From: Takakia lepidozioides
Lineage: Eukaryota > Plantae > Bryophyta
Reading direction: 5' to 3'
NCBI GenBank assembly: GCA_030704615.1
Contig: CM060734.1
Location: 55,862,001 to 55,926,000 of the forward strand
DNA: 64,000 nucleotides
The position numbers and the translations under genes were made by a program. A model generated the notes under the pieces. That model was given only the letters and a program-made list of their open reading frames with translations, had not been told where the DNA came from and did no database searches. Shown here piece by piece: positions 39,884-52,300 of the stretch (positions within the stretch are counted from its first letter, which is position 1; each line of letters begins with the position of its first letter).

Positions 39884-40966
39884 ATGAGCGACATCCATGG
39901 CAGCGAGCGACAAGTTGAGAGGAGAGGAGCGGCATCCATGGCAGCGAGGGACGAGCTGAGAGGAGCGATGGCAACGAGCGACAAGCTGAGAGAAGCGGCA
40001 TCCATGGCAGCGAGCAACGAGCTGAGAGGAGCATGTGAAGAGAGAGGAGCAGGAGCAGTAATGTCTGCAAAGGCAAAGAAAAAAAAGAACTTTGTGGCTG
40101 ATGGGGAGAGGCAACTATGCAAATCATTTCTACATGTCTCCCAAGATCCTGTCGCAAGCAATGGCCAAAAAAATGTCACGTTTTGGGAGAGAGTTTCAGT
40201 GCACTACAATCGCCACAGACCTGTCATGGGAGGAGAGCCACCACCAAGGAGTTTAGAAACAAAATGGGGAGTCATCAAGCACGATGTGGCAAAGTTTGTA
40301 GGTAATTATGGGGCGGTATTGTAGTTGAATGAGAGTAGAACATCACTCGAAGATATACTACAAAAAGCATTGGAGCTTTACAAACTGAAGCATCCTAAAA
40401 AATTGTCGTTTGGATTTATTCACTGCTGGCTACTACTAAAGGACATACCTAGGTGGGCTGATGTGAGATATGAGTAAAATAAAACCCTACCCATGAAGAG
40501 AAAGGCTAGTGGTCAAGTAGATGAAGAAGACAATTCCAGCTCTATGGAGGTTCAGGATTACACGGAAAATTTCACAGAAGGGAAGGTTCTGAATCATCCG
40601 CAGGACTCTCGAGCAGCTAAGGAGCAGCAAAAGACACAAACAATTAGAGAACGTGCTCATAGGGCACAAACTCAAGCAACTGCAGACATGGCAGCTGCGA
40701 CATTGAAGAAAGCTGAGATTATGCAAGATCAAAGTGCACTTGCACTATTCACCATAGCAGATGACGAAGTTACTTCGGAGGAGGCTCGGGAGTATTTGAG
40801 ACTGAAGCTGCGAAGGCGGTTGGAAGTTGGTGAATTTGCAAAGCTACAAACATCCCATACAACCCCCACAGACACACCTCCTATTCGGCAAGCAGACTTT
40901 GAAACTGCCCTTGCCATGCTACAGGGCAATTTTTCCATCTGTAGTGCATACAATCAATTGATGTGA
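39884..40966 (+). pseudogene. Harbinger ORF1 (Myb/SANT-like plus NAM-associated region) with two in-frame stops
   Basis: NFVADGERQLCKSFLHVSQDPVASNGQKNVTFWERV..RSLETKWGVIKHDVAKF..*..FGFIHCWLLLKDIPRW..*..EAREYLRL, all in one frame. Confidence 0.85.
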
Positions 40967-41381
40967 ACATCCTAGGAAAGCCTCTGGCTTTGTTGATTTC
41001 CAGCTGCTTCAAGAGGTCAGTTCTGGTTGGCTGCCTCAAGTACGTAGACTCAAAAATTGCCCTAACGGCTGCCACAAATCGTTTCACGGCCTCCATCACG
41101 GTGCTCTCACCTAACCTACAATATTCATCCACAGCATCAGCACTCATTCCATATGCGAGCATCCTCAATGCAGCGGTGCACTTTTGAATGGAAGACAATC
41201 CAAGACAATCCATCTCCACGTTTGCAGATCGCCCAGCCCTAGAGCCGCCTCTCTTTTTCGCTTCATGGTTTTCAAAGGTTTCATCAAGCTGATCTACAAG
41301 AATAGACAAGACGGCGCTATCATCGTCATCTAATTCGTCTTGCAATTGGGAGTGAAGTTGTTGTCTCCAACGTTGTAAATC
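40881..41381 (-). pseudogene. Harbinger DDE transposase fragment (internal and 3' deletions)
   Basis: KRGGSRAGRSANV then a deletion, then GLSSIQKCTAALRMLAYGMSADAVDEYCRLGEST..YLRQPT..RGFPRMFTSIDCMHYRWKNCPVAWQGQF. It ends before the second D and the E. Confidence 0.9.
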
Positions 41382-43529
41382 CATGACACACGGAGAAGAA
41401 AGGGAGAACGCGCAGGAAGAACAAGTGGAAGGAAGAACCTCGAGCGGTAGAGTATGCTGGTCACCATTTGCCGTTGATCGGTGGGGCATCGTGAAGCGTC
41501 AAACGGCACATGCCCTCGTGGGTCCGTCAAGTTCACCTTCAAATCACTTTTACCGTGCTCATGCACCGTGCACTGCTGGAGATGCTCTAACCGGTCCAGT
41601 TAAGAACCGGCGGATCAAGCATTCAAACAAAGGAGCAAAGAACCTTTTGAAGACCCACGGTTATTTGATGAAAACTGTTGGTTATTTGAGGTTTTTGCAA
41701 GTAACCGCAACCACAGTTTATATCTAGCCATAAAAAAATTAATAACCGCAACCGCAAGTTGACAATTTCCTAAAATATGAAGCAACCGGAAGAGAAGATC
41801 GTAACACTCCCGACAGGGTAGCAAGCTTTGAACCAATGCTCTATCCAACTGAGCTACCGACTGGTGGTGGTTATTTGATATCCATTATAACCGCCCGTTC
41901 CTTCATGCTATAGAAAATAATATCCTCTAGTTTTTAATTTTATGTATAGGGTAATGCCCTGAGTGGAGGGCATTCCTGGATTTGAGGGCCTGACACCGTA
42001 GCCCCAGGGGAAGGCCCAAAAATCACCGGGAATGCCCCACACGAGGGGCGTAAAGAAATGCCAAATTTTTTTTAAAAAAATCTAATGGCTGCTGCATTCT
42101 GCATTTCGGAATGCACTTGATGGAGCCGATGGGGTGCATTGCGCCAGGTGGAATGCACCCGATGAATACTTCTTTTTAACGGCACGATAAATACAAACAA
42201 GATTTTTTGGCTAAGCTTTACGCCAAGACGAGACTCCGATTCAGGTTACTAGCAAAGATCTCAAAAACCGACGATATTCATCAAATTTTGAAGGGCATCT
42301 GATCGGTTAGTTTTAAATCAAATACCCAGGGTTCCTTATCCTCCATGGTTCTTCAACATTTTGAGAACCTCCCGGTGGTCAATCATTTTCATTCTCTGGG
42401 TCTCTGTAGGAACCGCCCATCGGCGGCGGTTCACAGGCAGGGTTTTTGGGGGAAATACTAAAGTTGTGACTCGTGATCTTTCCGCTCTCTTCACCAACCA
42501 CTCCTCTGAGATTCTTGACTTTGCAATCCTCTTCCTCCAACTCCGCAGTCCACTGTTTCCATTAGTATCACTCATATTTACTTGTAAGAAATGAGATTCT
42601 TACATTGCATATTCTTATTCCCAATTGTCTCTTGTTGGATTTTTGGGCCTCAATCTTTGACTTAAAAAAGGCTGCAATTCAGTTTATCAATTTCTCAGTG
42701 TAGTGTACCATAAGAATCATCGGTAAAGTCCCCAAGCCAAGGGTCAAAGCAGCCCACAACCACGCATTTTTTGCCACAGTCATATCCAGAGGTGGACATT
42801 GATCATATCTTCAGTGAACATGTCGGTCAACATATCTCCACAGATCTCGTGTACATTGCTGAGATAACAAAATGGAGGCATTGCAAGGATCTAGCGCTCA
42901 AAAGAAAAAGAAGAAAAAGAAGAAGAAAAAAAAAAAGACAAAAAAGAAAAAAAAAGGTGAATAAGTTACTAGATACCAGTGTTGGGGCGCGGTTGTTAGA
43001 ACCCAGGCCAGAGATCTGCCGGTTATCAACCCGGATATATACCCCCCGGAACCAGCAGTTATGAAAATTTAAAATAACCTATTGTATCGATAATCTCTTA
43101 TTATTAGAAAGGTAGAGAATTTATGATCTTACCACATTGGTGGAAATAACATTTCTTAAATATTATTGATGTGAAAAGGGTCCAAACTTAAGGGTTTAAA
43201 TATTTGTAGTCATTTTTTTAACTATTAAAGTATTATATAACTTGCTTGATAAATAATACTTTATCATGGTTATCAGAAAAATGAAATTTTGATAACCCTT
43301 GGGTATAGCCGGCTATCATCCCAAAAGAACTGGATTTATCGTTGACCGGCAAGGGGGCAAGGCATGGGGGAATCCATTATTTTATTTTATTTTTAACATA
43401 ACAAGGGACATGAATCCATTATATCCATTGTTGATAATCGGAAGGCTATTAAATATTGTAAAATTTTAAATACCCCTGGGAACCTCTGGATGTTGAGAAA
43501 AATGAATTCAAACGAGAGCCCAGTTTCAT

Positions 43530-44060
43530 ATATAAGGAAATCATGACATCCCAACTCTCTCAAGGTGTCATTACTCCCCTTTTCAAAAGAGGAGACCAAA
43601 GTCTTATTACTAACTACCAGCCCATCACCCTCCTTAATTCTACCTACAAAATCATTGTGAAGATCTTGGCACTCAGGCTTCAACCGCTTCTTTAGAAACT
43701 TATCCGTCTTGAACAAACAGGGTTCATTAAAAAAAAAGGATTCTCGATAATGTTCTCTTGGCCATTGAAGCGCTTCACCATGCAAGAGAGTCAAAACATT
43801 TGACAACGTTTACGGGATTTTTTAGTTAGGGGCCCTCGTTAATTAAAGTTGGTTTTACTGATAGTTCATGTCATGGATCCACATCTTGCTGTTCATTGCA
43901 TCAAGTAAAGTGGTCGTCAACGGAGTTCTTTCCTCTTCCTTCCATCTTAGGAGATATGTTACGCAAGGGTATCCCCTTGCCCCGTTTTTGTTTCTCATCG
44001 CGGCGGATGGACTTGATCATCTTTTGGAAGCCTTAACGAATATCAGTGGCCTCAAAGCCC
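43530..44060 (+). mobile_element. LINE (L1-like) reverse transcriptase remnant
   Basis: GVITPLFKRGDQSLITNYQPITLLNSTYKIIVKILALRLQPLL*KLIRLEQTGFI ... VVVNGVLSSSFHLRRYVTQGYPLAPFLFLIAADGL. Confidence 0.9.
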
Positions 44061-44659
44061 ATATGTCAATTATGAAATGACGTGGCACAAACATGTGGTG
44101 CAAATCCGCTAATCACGTCCAAAATCGATTTTATATCGAGTAATTTATTTTTTTTACTTCCTTACTTTCATGCGATCTAATTTACCTCATTGTTGAGGTG
44201 GCACTGCAACCTACGTCTACTGTACACAAGAATTTATTTTTTTTTTTTTTTTTTTTAAAATGAGCTGCCGAGGTTCAGACGATTGGGCAACGGCAACAGC
44301 CTAGGGACGGTTGGGCGATTACCAAAAGGTCGTCCAATTTTTTTAAATGAAATTAAAAATTAAAATTGCTCTTTTGTCAGTAGAGTCTAACATTTTGCTA
44401 TTGTTTTCTATTCCATCTGGAGAAATGACCTTCCTTCTGATCCCTTGATGCTGCTCCTCAACTTTCATTCTAGATCTATTTGGAACCATTGCCCTGTTTG
44501 GGTGACTCTTCGTGTCTATGTTTTATGAAACATCTGGAAGGTTGGGCGCATATTTGCTTTTGGTGGATTTGTTCCATGTGTTAGAACGGTTCTTTATAGG
44601 ATTCACGTAGACTTATTGGAAGGGCCAAGAAAGCTTTAGTAGTGTTGTGTGTAGTTGTT

Positions 44660-45067
44660 CTTAGAAGTAATCAAGAAAGGCGTCGCATGGAGTCACAGAA
44701 ACCAGATACATTGGAGCTGTCGCTTATCCAACTACCAGATCAGTCGTTCCGATTCTCACGACCTTCAACATCACACCGACGCTAGTCTGATAATCTTGTT
44801 GGAGGTTGAGGCTTCGAACCCAAAGTGCAACGAAATCATGTTTGAATGCAGCTTTGAAAATCAGAATGCTCAAATTATTGCGTGGTCTCAAGTTCAAGGT
44901 GTTGGACACTATCGATGGTTGCAGGGACCTATAAATCATTTGAGTCAAGAACGAAGAGCCGAATACTTGTCAAGTATCATTCGTCGGATTTTGGATATTC
45001 TCCAGCTCTAAACAAGTCCAAGATTTTACCGCTCCTCGAAGAACTCGGCGCTAGAGGAGGGGGGTGA
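44660..45067 (+). mobile_element. Collapsed Ty3/gypsy pol remnant ending in a PPT
   Basis: An RNase H-start-like IILLEVEASN, an integrase C-terminal-like HYRWLQGP and a chromodomain-like ILVKY, then the PPT AGAGGAGGGGGGTGA directly before TGTCACG. Confidence 0.6.
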
Positions 45068-45625
45068 TGTCACGTACATAGCCCAGAGGAACTTACCAAG
45101 AGTAAATTCTACAAGTTATCAAGTTACCATGTTACCAAAAGTTATCATAATTTACCGTGATATACCATAAACTACTATAAATTACCATTAGTTACCAAGT
45201 TACTGAAAATTTATATAATTAACAAGAGTAACTTGGGAAACTGCTCAGGAAGCTTCCTTTGAAGGAAACTTCTCCATCAAGAAACCTCTATTAGGAAAGC
45301 TTCTTATGGAACTTCCTAGTAACTAGTATATATAGAAGACGAGACTGGACACTCCTCAGTCTCGCTAACACAAGTTCAAGCTACTATTGTTTCCAGTCCC
45401 AGTACTCTAGTTCAACTTCCAGTACTCTAGCCCAAATTCCAGTATCTGGCACTCTAGTCCAGTTTCCAGCATTCTAGTATACAAGTCGAGTTCTAGTATC
45501 TTGTACTCTTGTCCATTGTTATAAGGATCATTTTGATTCTTGTTTATCCATCATGCATTCAGCTACGCCAACCTTGACTTCTTGTCTAGTCTTGTCCCTC
45601 TAGTCCGATCACTTGTTTTCCAAGA
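45068..45625 (+). mobile_element. Ty3/gypsy LTR (right end uncertain)
   Basis: Begins TGTCACG right after the PPT, with TTACC/GTTAC short repeats, a TATA box (GTATATATAG, about 45326) and CCAGTACTCTAG repeats. Confidence 0.65.
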
Positions 45626-45629
45626 CCAC

Positions 45630-45995
45630 TGATTCAATCCTTGTTATTGTGGATCGTTTTACGAAGATGACACATTTCATTCCATGCGAGGAAACTGCAA
45701 GACTCTTCCTCAATAATATCTACGGTATTCATAGACTCCTGAAGGACATCATATTTGATCGATGACCACAGTTCATATCAAATTTCTGTAGGGGATTATT
45801 TCACATATTGGATACTAAGATCAACCTCTCTACAGCTAATTATTCACAGACTGATGGTCAAACCGAACGCGTAAACCAGATTTTGGAGCAGTATCTTCGC
45901 TGTACGATAAATTATCACCAAGATAATTGGACGGACCTTGTGCCATTGCCTGAGTTTGCTTACAACAACATTATACATTCTTCGACCAAGCAAAC
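45630..45995 (+). mobile_element. Ty3/gypsy integrase core remnant
   Basis: DSILVIVDRFTKMTHFIPC..IIFDR*PQFISNF..STANYSQTDGQTERVNQILEQYLRCTINYHQDNWTDLVPLPEFAYNN. Confidence 0.92.
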
Positions 45996-47434
45996 TCGTG
46001 CTGGAATTTAGGGTTGCTAGGTCGCAGTGTTAAGTATGAGGATAATAAGTAGTAAAAATATTTAACTATTGTTTCACTGACCCAGCAGATTAACAGTAAA
46101 CTAATTGACTGCTGGTTAAGATTAGTGAAACAAAACAACTGTATTATCTCAACGAATAATACACAAACGTCTTGTTGGCAACTATTGGAGAACATAGGAA
46201 CGAATAATAATGCAAGGAGGGTCCAACCCGCAGTCGTCAACACGACTGCAAATTTCATTAATATAAAAAATATGTTTTTCTCGATTTTTGGAAATTAGCC
46301 TATAAATCGGCGTAAACTCCGGAGTTCACTTCTGCGACTTGTATACTCCATCATTTATGCCAGTGTGGCATAAAAATGACTGCGACGACTGGCAAGTCGT
46401 CATTCACAACCTGGAGTCCCAGGTGCAGTCATTTTGGACAGAATCGCAACCGCGAGTCGGGTGCGAAAAGCACCTATTCTTTGTAGTGTTTGTGGACCTT
46501 TTTTTTATTATCTTTCTTATTCGCATTGTGTTCTGACCGACATTGTGTTGCCAAACTGTTGCTCTTCTCGCTACTTCATTGTGTTTTGCATTCTTTCCAT
46601 TATGCAACATGGTGGCGTCCACCATGAAAATGGCTTATGGTTCATTGTGAGGGCCCTGTTAGTGCCCATTCTTACTGTCAATTTCTGCCTTAACATGAAT
46701 GTCAGGTTCTTTAGGGCAGGTGTACTAGGCTTTCCACCTGTACTGTTGCTATGGTGAAAAAATGCACCATGATTGAAGCACGTTGGGTATACTATGATGA
46801 ATGCGATTCTGATGAGTGTGAAGGACTCATTTGCGAGGCTCACATGAAGACAAGGGTTGATGAGCCTGGCGATAATAACATGAAGCCCTTCAAATATATC
46901 TATTGTAATATGGTGTATAAAGACAAAAACAAATTAAACCTTCACAGGATAAATGGTTGTGATGCTGTTGGGAAGGATGGGGCAAACTTAAAATATACCC
47001 GATGTTTGAAGCGGGCCAGAGGGTGTTGATGGAGAATGTTCTCAGGAACCATGGTCTTGCGCAGCGCAAAAACTCGCGGATGCCGAAGGTGGACCAAGAC
47101 AATGCTGGAAAATACGAATTCCAAGCACAATTGAAGCGGAGGAGGCGCCACTTGCGTCTACCAAAGGATGGCGGTATATCTCTGAAGGCAGCGGAGTCCG
47201 CAATGGAGGAGGAAACTATAATGCTACCAGACCTACCAACCAGGGCACATACAGTGGCACCAATTGTGGATCAGTTGATAAATTCAATCGAAGAGTAGAG
47301 AAGAGGCTAGAGAAGCCTTTGTGGCAGCTTCTTTGAAGCTCATATCTGACATTGTCGTGCCGCCCAAACCTGCACCTGTTGCATGCCAGGTCTCAGCTAT
47401 CTCATGGACTACATGAATTCCTCTCGAAGACCTG

Positions 47435-48972
47435 GGAGCTCTCTTAGTACTAGATGTTCTCCAACTGAAGGTGATGAATTTGAGGTCAATTGGAGACATA
47501 AACGTAGTTTTAGGAAAAGGAAATCCAAAGCCCAACTATTGTTTGAGCCTGCTAAAAGAAAGAGAGTAAACTTGTGATTTGTTAGGTATTCTAGTTCAAT
47601 TAATTATTTCTTCATGGATCTGCTTGTTCTTTTTCATTTATTTTTGTCACTACTGGTGAATGATCACTGGGCGGTGTCCCCTTTGTTCGACTCCATGACG
47701 CTTATTCACAAGGTTATTTCTTCCTTGTGTTTATAAAGTTAATTGGGCTATTGTCCCTTAAAAAAACAAAAGGAAAAATAGAAAAACAACATCAGCCCTT
47801 TACTCCCCTAATGTGTGCAAACTGTACTAGCGGGTTGGATAGGAAGCATCCACTACATCCTGCTAAGGAGCAAAGGGATAAGATGGTTAGGGACCTCTGA
47901 ACACATTTTTAACAATGTCTCCCTCCCAAAGAGCTAGGAGCTCTCTTAGTGCTAGGTGTTCTCCAGCTGAAGGTGATGAATTCGAGGTCAATTGGAGACA
48001 TAGATGTAGTTTTAGGAAGGCGGAAATCTGAAACCCAGCTATTGTTTGAGCCTGCTAAAGGAAAAAGAGTAAGCTTTTAATATGTCTGTTGTTCTGGATC
48101 AATTAATTCTTTCTTCATGGATTTGCTTGTTCTTTTTCATTTATTTTCCTTGTATTTATAAAGTCAATTGGGCTATAGTCCCTTTAAAAATAATAATAAT
48201 AATAATAATTGCATCAGTCCTTTATGCGCTTAATGTGTGCAAACTGTACCAGCGGGGTGGATAGGAAACATTCACTAAGGTAGATGATCCAATTCAGACC
48301 ACGTTCTGAAATGGATCCCTATAAATGTGCATCAAATAAACAATCAAGGACCTAGAATGGTCCATCCACATTAGATCGACTGTTTTAGGTGCAAAGAATG
48401 AACTTTTATTAACATAAGTGGCCATATTGTACACACTAAGTAAGCACTTGGTCCCACAAGTACAATCCATTATATGGCATCAAGCCAAATCTATTTGCAT
48501 TTAGACAACACATTAAGGCACGGTTAGGTAGAGTTACTTTCCTAAGATGTTAGAATAAGAAACAAATTGGTTCAATTTAAAAAACAGCCGTCATTTGTTA
48601 TTGCATGGGAGTGGACAGTTACGCGACTGAGTCACTTTTGACAGCTTTCCCGAACCGTTCATATTGTGTAGATGATCCGGGTTACCGCCATCTTGAGGTC
48701 ATTTTGGCATGAGTTTTGTTCACACTTGGTAGGAGCTATTGGTCATAAGTGAGTATTTTTGCATTTTCCACCTTAAAAATTCATAGAAATTACATATAAA
48801 GTCATAAAATCTGGCAATCCCCGTAGTTTTCATTTCCTAATCGAACGACAAAAACAAACTCGAAATCTGCCACTCAGAGCACCCTAAACTGCTTAAAGGG
48901 TATGGGTCATCTACCTTACATCCTGCTAAGGAGCAAAGGGATAAGATGCCTGGGAATCTCTCAACACATTTT
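47435..48972 (+). repeat. Local direct duplication (about 47435-47910 versus about 47937-48277 plus 48917-48972)
   Basis: GGAGCTCTCTTAGT..GAAGGTGATGAATT.GAGGTCAATTGGAGACATA..TTGTTTGAGCCTGCTAAA..TAATGTGTGCAAACTGTAC..TACATCCTGCTAAGGAGCAAAGGGATAAGATG occurs twice. The second copy is interrupted by a MITE. Confidence 0.9.
48278..48916. mobile_element. MITE, 639 bp, TIR AGGTAGATGA(T/C)CCA, TA target-site duplication
   Basis: CAC-TA-[AGGTAGATGATCC...GGGTCATCTACCT]-TA-CATCC. The paralogous empty site CCACTACATCC is at about 47850-47860. Confidence 0.88.
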
Positions 48973-48979
48973 AGCAAAC

Positions 48980-49350
48980 AATATATGAAGCAAGGTAGTT
49001 TGTTTGTTGTTTGTTTTGTAGCGTTGAGATCTCCCAAACCGTGGGGTCCCAGCCCTAGTGCTTGGTACCGTTGGAAAACCCTAGATGAGGATGGGTGCAC
49101 CGACTTGGTCTCATAATTTTTGGACCTACGATGTGGGAGATATGGAATTTCAAGTACTTTTGGTCGCTGGAAATTCATGAAAATAGCAAAGTGGCTTTCT
49201 TGGAATAATGATTAGACATATTACTACTTAATAAATTCATGGAAAAAATCAAATTATCAATATAGGAACATAGGAGACGCACTTGGATACATACGAGATT
49301 GCACTTGGACTTAGATGACACTGGACACTTGGGCCACCGGCACAGGCTAT
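48980..49350 (+). mobile_element. Possible non-autonomous Helitron-like repeat
   Basis: The 5' end ATATATGAAGCAAGG resembles a TCTATATAT-type Helitron start. The 3' end is a GC-rich GGGCCACCGGCACAGG followed by CTAT, similar to CTAG. Both termini are degenerate. Confidence 0.35.
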
Positions 49351-52300
49351 CCTATTGATCATACTAAGGAAATGCAGAGCACTTGAAGCAACTTTTCAAT
49401 CTGAAAAAAAAAAAAAAAAAAAAAAAAAAAACAGTTGTTTTTTGTCAGAACAAGAGACTAAAAAGTATCCTGGGCGGAGCCCCTTTCCCATCATGGCCTG
49501 TCATGTGAGGTTATTTTTTCCTCATTATCAATACAATTGGCCTCCCTTGCACCTTTTACTACTAAAAACAAGCCCAAAAACAGCCATGGGCTCTCTTGCT
49601 TTGGCAAAACATAAGAGGAGGGGAGACTAGGGGGCATGACTAAGGGGCATGACTCAGCACAACACACCAATCGGAGCCTTGACATGGTGTAAGGTCTTTG
49701 ACCACATTTTCTCCATTGACTTCAACATGATGCAAAGTCAAGAGAGCCAATAAAAAAAGTAGTACATAGTATTGCTGGAGACATGGGTCATCTAGACATC
49801 AACAAATTCTAGAATTTTCCTTGTAGGTAGTGCTCCATCATGTAGACAACATAACAACAAATTAGAGGAGGTGTGAAGGTGGTGGGTGTTGAGAGGACAA
49901 CAGGAAATGATGTTGGTGGGTGGGTTACTGTAGCCTGATGTGGAAGCGTGTGATGATGCACACATGAGTACAAGCAAAGAGAATGAGATCGATGACAGGG
50001 TGCTGCTGCGCATGTACAGCAAGACGAGATCGAGCAGCATCCCGATGCAATTAGTGTGAGCACCTCACAATCCAGTCCGGCAGAAGAGAGCGAGAGATGT
50101 GCAAGAGTACAAGAGTGTGTCTGCAGTGAGCAAGGACAGAGGCGACCAAGTCATCAGTATGGCTTGTTTGTACTACGTACCAGAGAGCCCTAACATGTGA
50201 GTGTGTTGCTGCCCACAGTGCGCAGATCAGGCTTTCACTGTTTCACCTTCCTCCCTCCTGCACCTTCACGTTCCTCCACGTGCAGATGTGGAGAGAGCGA
50301 GAACTCCATAAGGAGGTGACGACGATGTGCAGTCAACGAGCTTAGGTGGATGCGGCAGCACATCGTGTCTTAAGGCATCGAATTTGCATTTTTAGAAGCT
50401 ACGAGCTTGAAGCTGAAAGTCACTATCCAGGGGACTCCCAGTGAGCTCTCCATGCGGAACTTCTCGGTTCCACCTCGAGGTGTCACTTCCAGATTCTCAA
50501 GCATGTGATTAATCCGCTGGTCCTTCTTGGTTTTCCAGGTTGTCCTCTTCAGAGTTAACGGTATGAACATTTCTGTACATACATGTTTGTACTTGCCTCG
50601 AAACCCCGGCTCACTTGAGATTCCTCTTATCAACGTCTCTTGTTGCGTCCGATTGTCTATCTCAGGTGAGTATTCTATTGTGCGCAGAAATCTTACTTTC
50701 ATCCTGATGACTCACCCCTGCATAAATTGCATACAGTGCTGGCCACTGTGTACTGATTAAACAATTTAAGAGCGCAGGAAAGTTTCACTCTTGGGCGGTC
50801 AGACTACATAAATTGGTCAAACGTTACATCAATGAAATTTGAATCGTCTCGAACCATCTGTTCAGAACTTGGAGGATATCATGGTGTCTAGGTAGTAAGT
50901 TAGTATTAGCTGAAGTAAGTCCAGAGCTTGGCCCGGATGATTGAGCTCTGGGTGTACAAGACCTTGAGCAAAGGATGGAGTGTGCCAGCTTGCAAAATTA
51001 AACTGAAGTCGATAGTTCGCCTTGTGAAACAGTAAGGTTCAAACGAATGTAATCTGTATCGAGTCATAGGGATTTCCACAAGTTTCCCATCAAGCATTTG
51101 AGCAATATCCGAGCTTTATTGGACCTGGCTCCTCAACGAAGTTTCACAGTTATCTGGCGCTTGAAACGCTCAGGACTTCATTATTGTTGCCTTGCATGAG
51201 GATCAGGCTTTGATTGTGTCTGCATGCATTCAACGGCAAGCTCACCACAAGTGTGGACTTGCTGCTTATCTATAACCTAGAGCTAGATCAATTTCAACTC
51301 GTCAAATCTGCAGACGTCCTAGAATTCTCTCACACAGTGAGCTGTATGGCTAAAGTTAAAGTTTAGTGAACCTTGCACGGTCCATCAAATATATTCTCCT
51401 CATCTTTCTACCTTAATATGTAGTGGCCTTCTTCTCTGGGCTTCCAAGTTTCTTTCTGGCCCGTGCTGGATGCTGGTGGAGGGGGGGGATAATGCTCTAA
51501 AGAATCTCGCCAAAATTTGCACAATCCGGGAACATATTTATATGATTCAAGCTCTTTTTCTGCAACTGGAGACATTTCTCATCCTATCGCAATTTTCTGC
51601 TTTTTCGACTTGACCACTGCATCGTCAGCACCATTTTTGGAAATTAAAATCGTTCGTATCGTCCGAGAGAAAACATTGAACGGAGATCAGCGACGGCAGA
51701 CAACTCCACCTGCAGCTGCACGCCCTTCTCTCTGGGGCTTGATCATGGCATACTTTGTAAGTTGAAAGATTTATGTGGGTGATGGTGGCAGCCAAGTGCA
51801 TAACTTTGCGGTCTTCAGGGGAACCTCTCCTCACCCCCCAATTTATGCCCCAACACACTGTTCACATTCGCTGAGAGGTTGAAGAAGTCGAATTGCATGT
51901 CGAGGTGTGCAATGTAGTGAGAAGTGAGAAGACATGCTTCTGTACTACGCGATAGTCATGACTCCGCTCTTCGCTGCCGCGATGGGCACCACAGCGATTT
52001 CTACATATGGACACTGTGGGCTCATATTGAGCTTCCAACCTATCCCATGTCTCCTTAGTTGTTGTAGCTGAGTCACCAAGTTTAGAACAATTAGAGCCCT
52101 CTCATCATACTGAAATTATCTATTGATCTTCCTAGTCCCTTTCACTTTGTTCCATAGCTTTCTCTCTTTTCTAGCACCACTTTCAGCACCATAGAATCTG
52201 AACTTCCAAAGCTGAAATTCTCACCACCAAATTTGGGGTGCGACTGCAAGAGCTTTGTCACGATGCCCAACTCATTTGAACCCAGTGGATCCATTGGCAT

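Larger units (their letters stand above)
39631..41587. mobile_element. PIF/Harbinger DNA transposon, internally deleted, 1957 bp
   Basis: TIRs GAGCATCTCCAGC...GCTGGAGATGCTC with a TAA target-site duplication at 39628-39630 and 41588-41590. Carries ORF1 and transposase remnants. Confidence 0.95.

Noticed and set aside
42771-43064. Lys/Arg-rich small protein
   Set aside because: It is the translation of an A-rich low-complexity tract (42900-42955).
50370-51400. Possible gene on the minus strand
   Set aside because: Fragmentary ORFs with no recognisable domain or consistent splice model.
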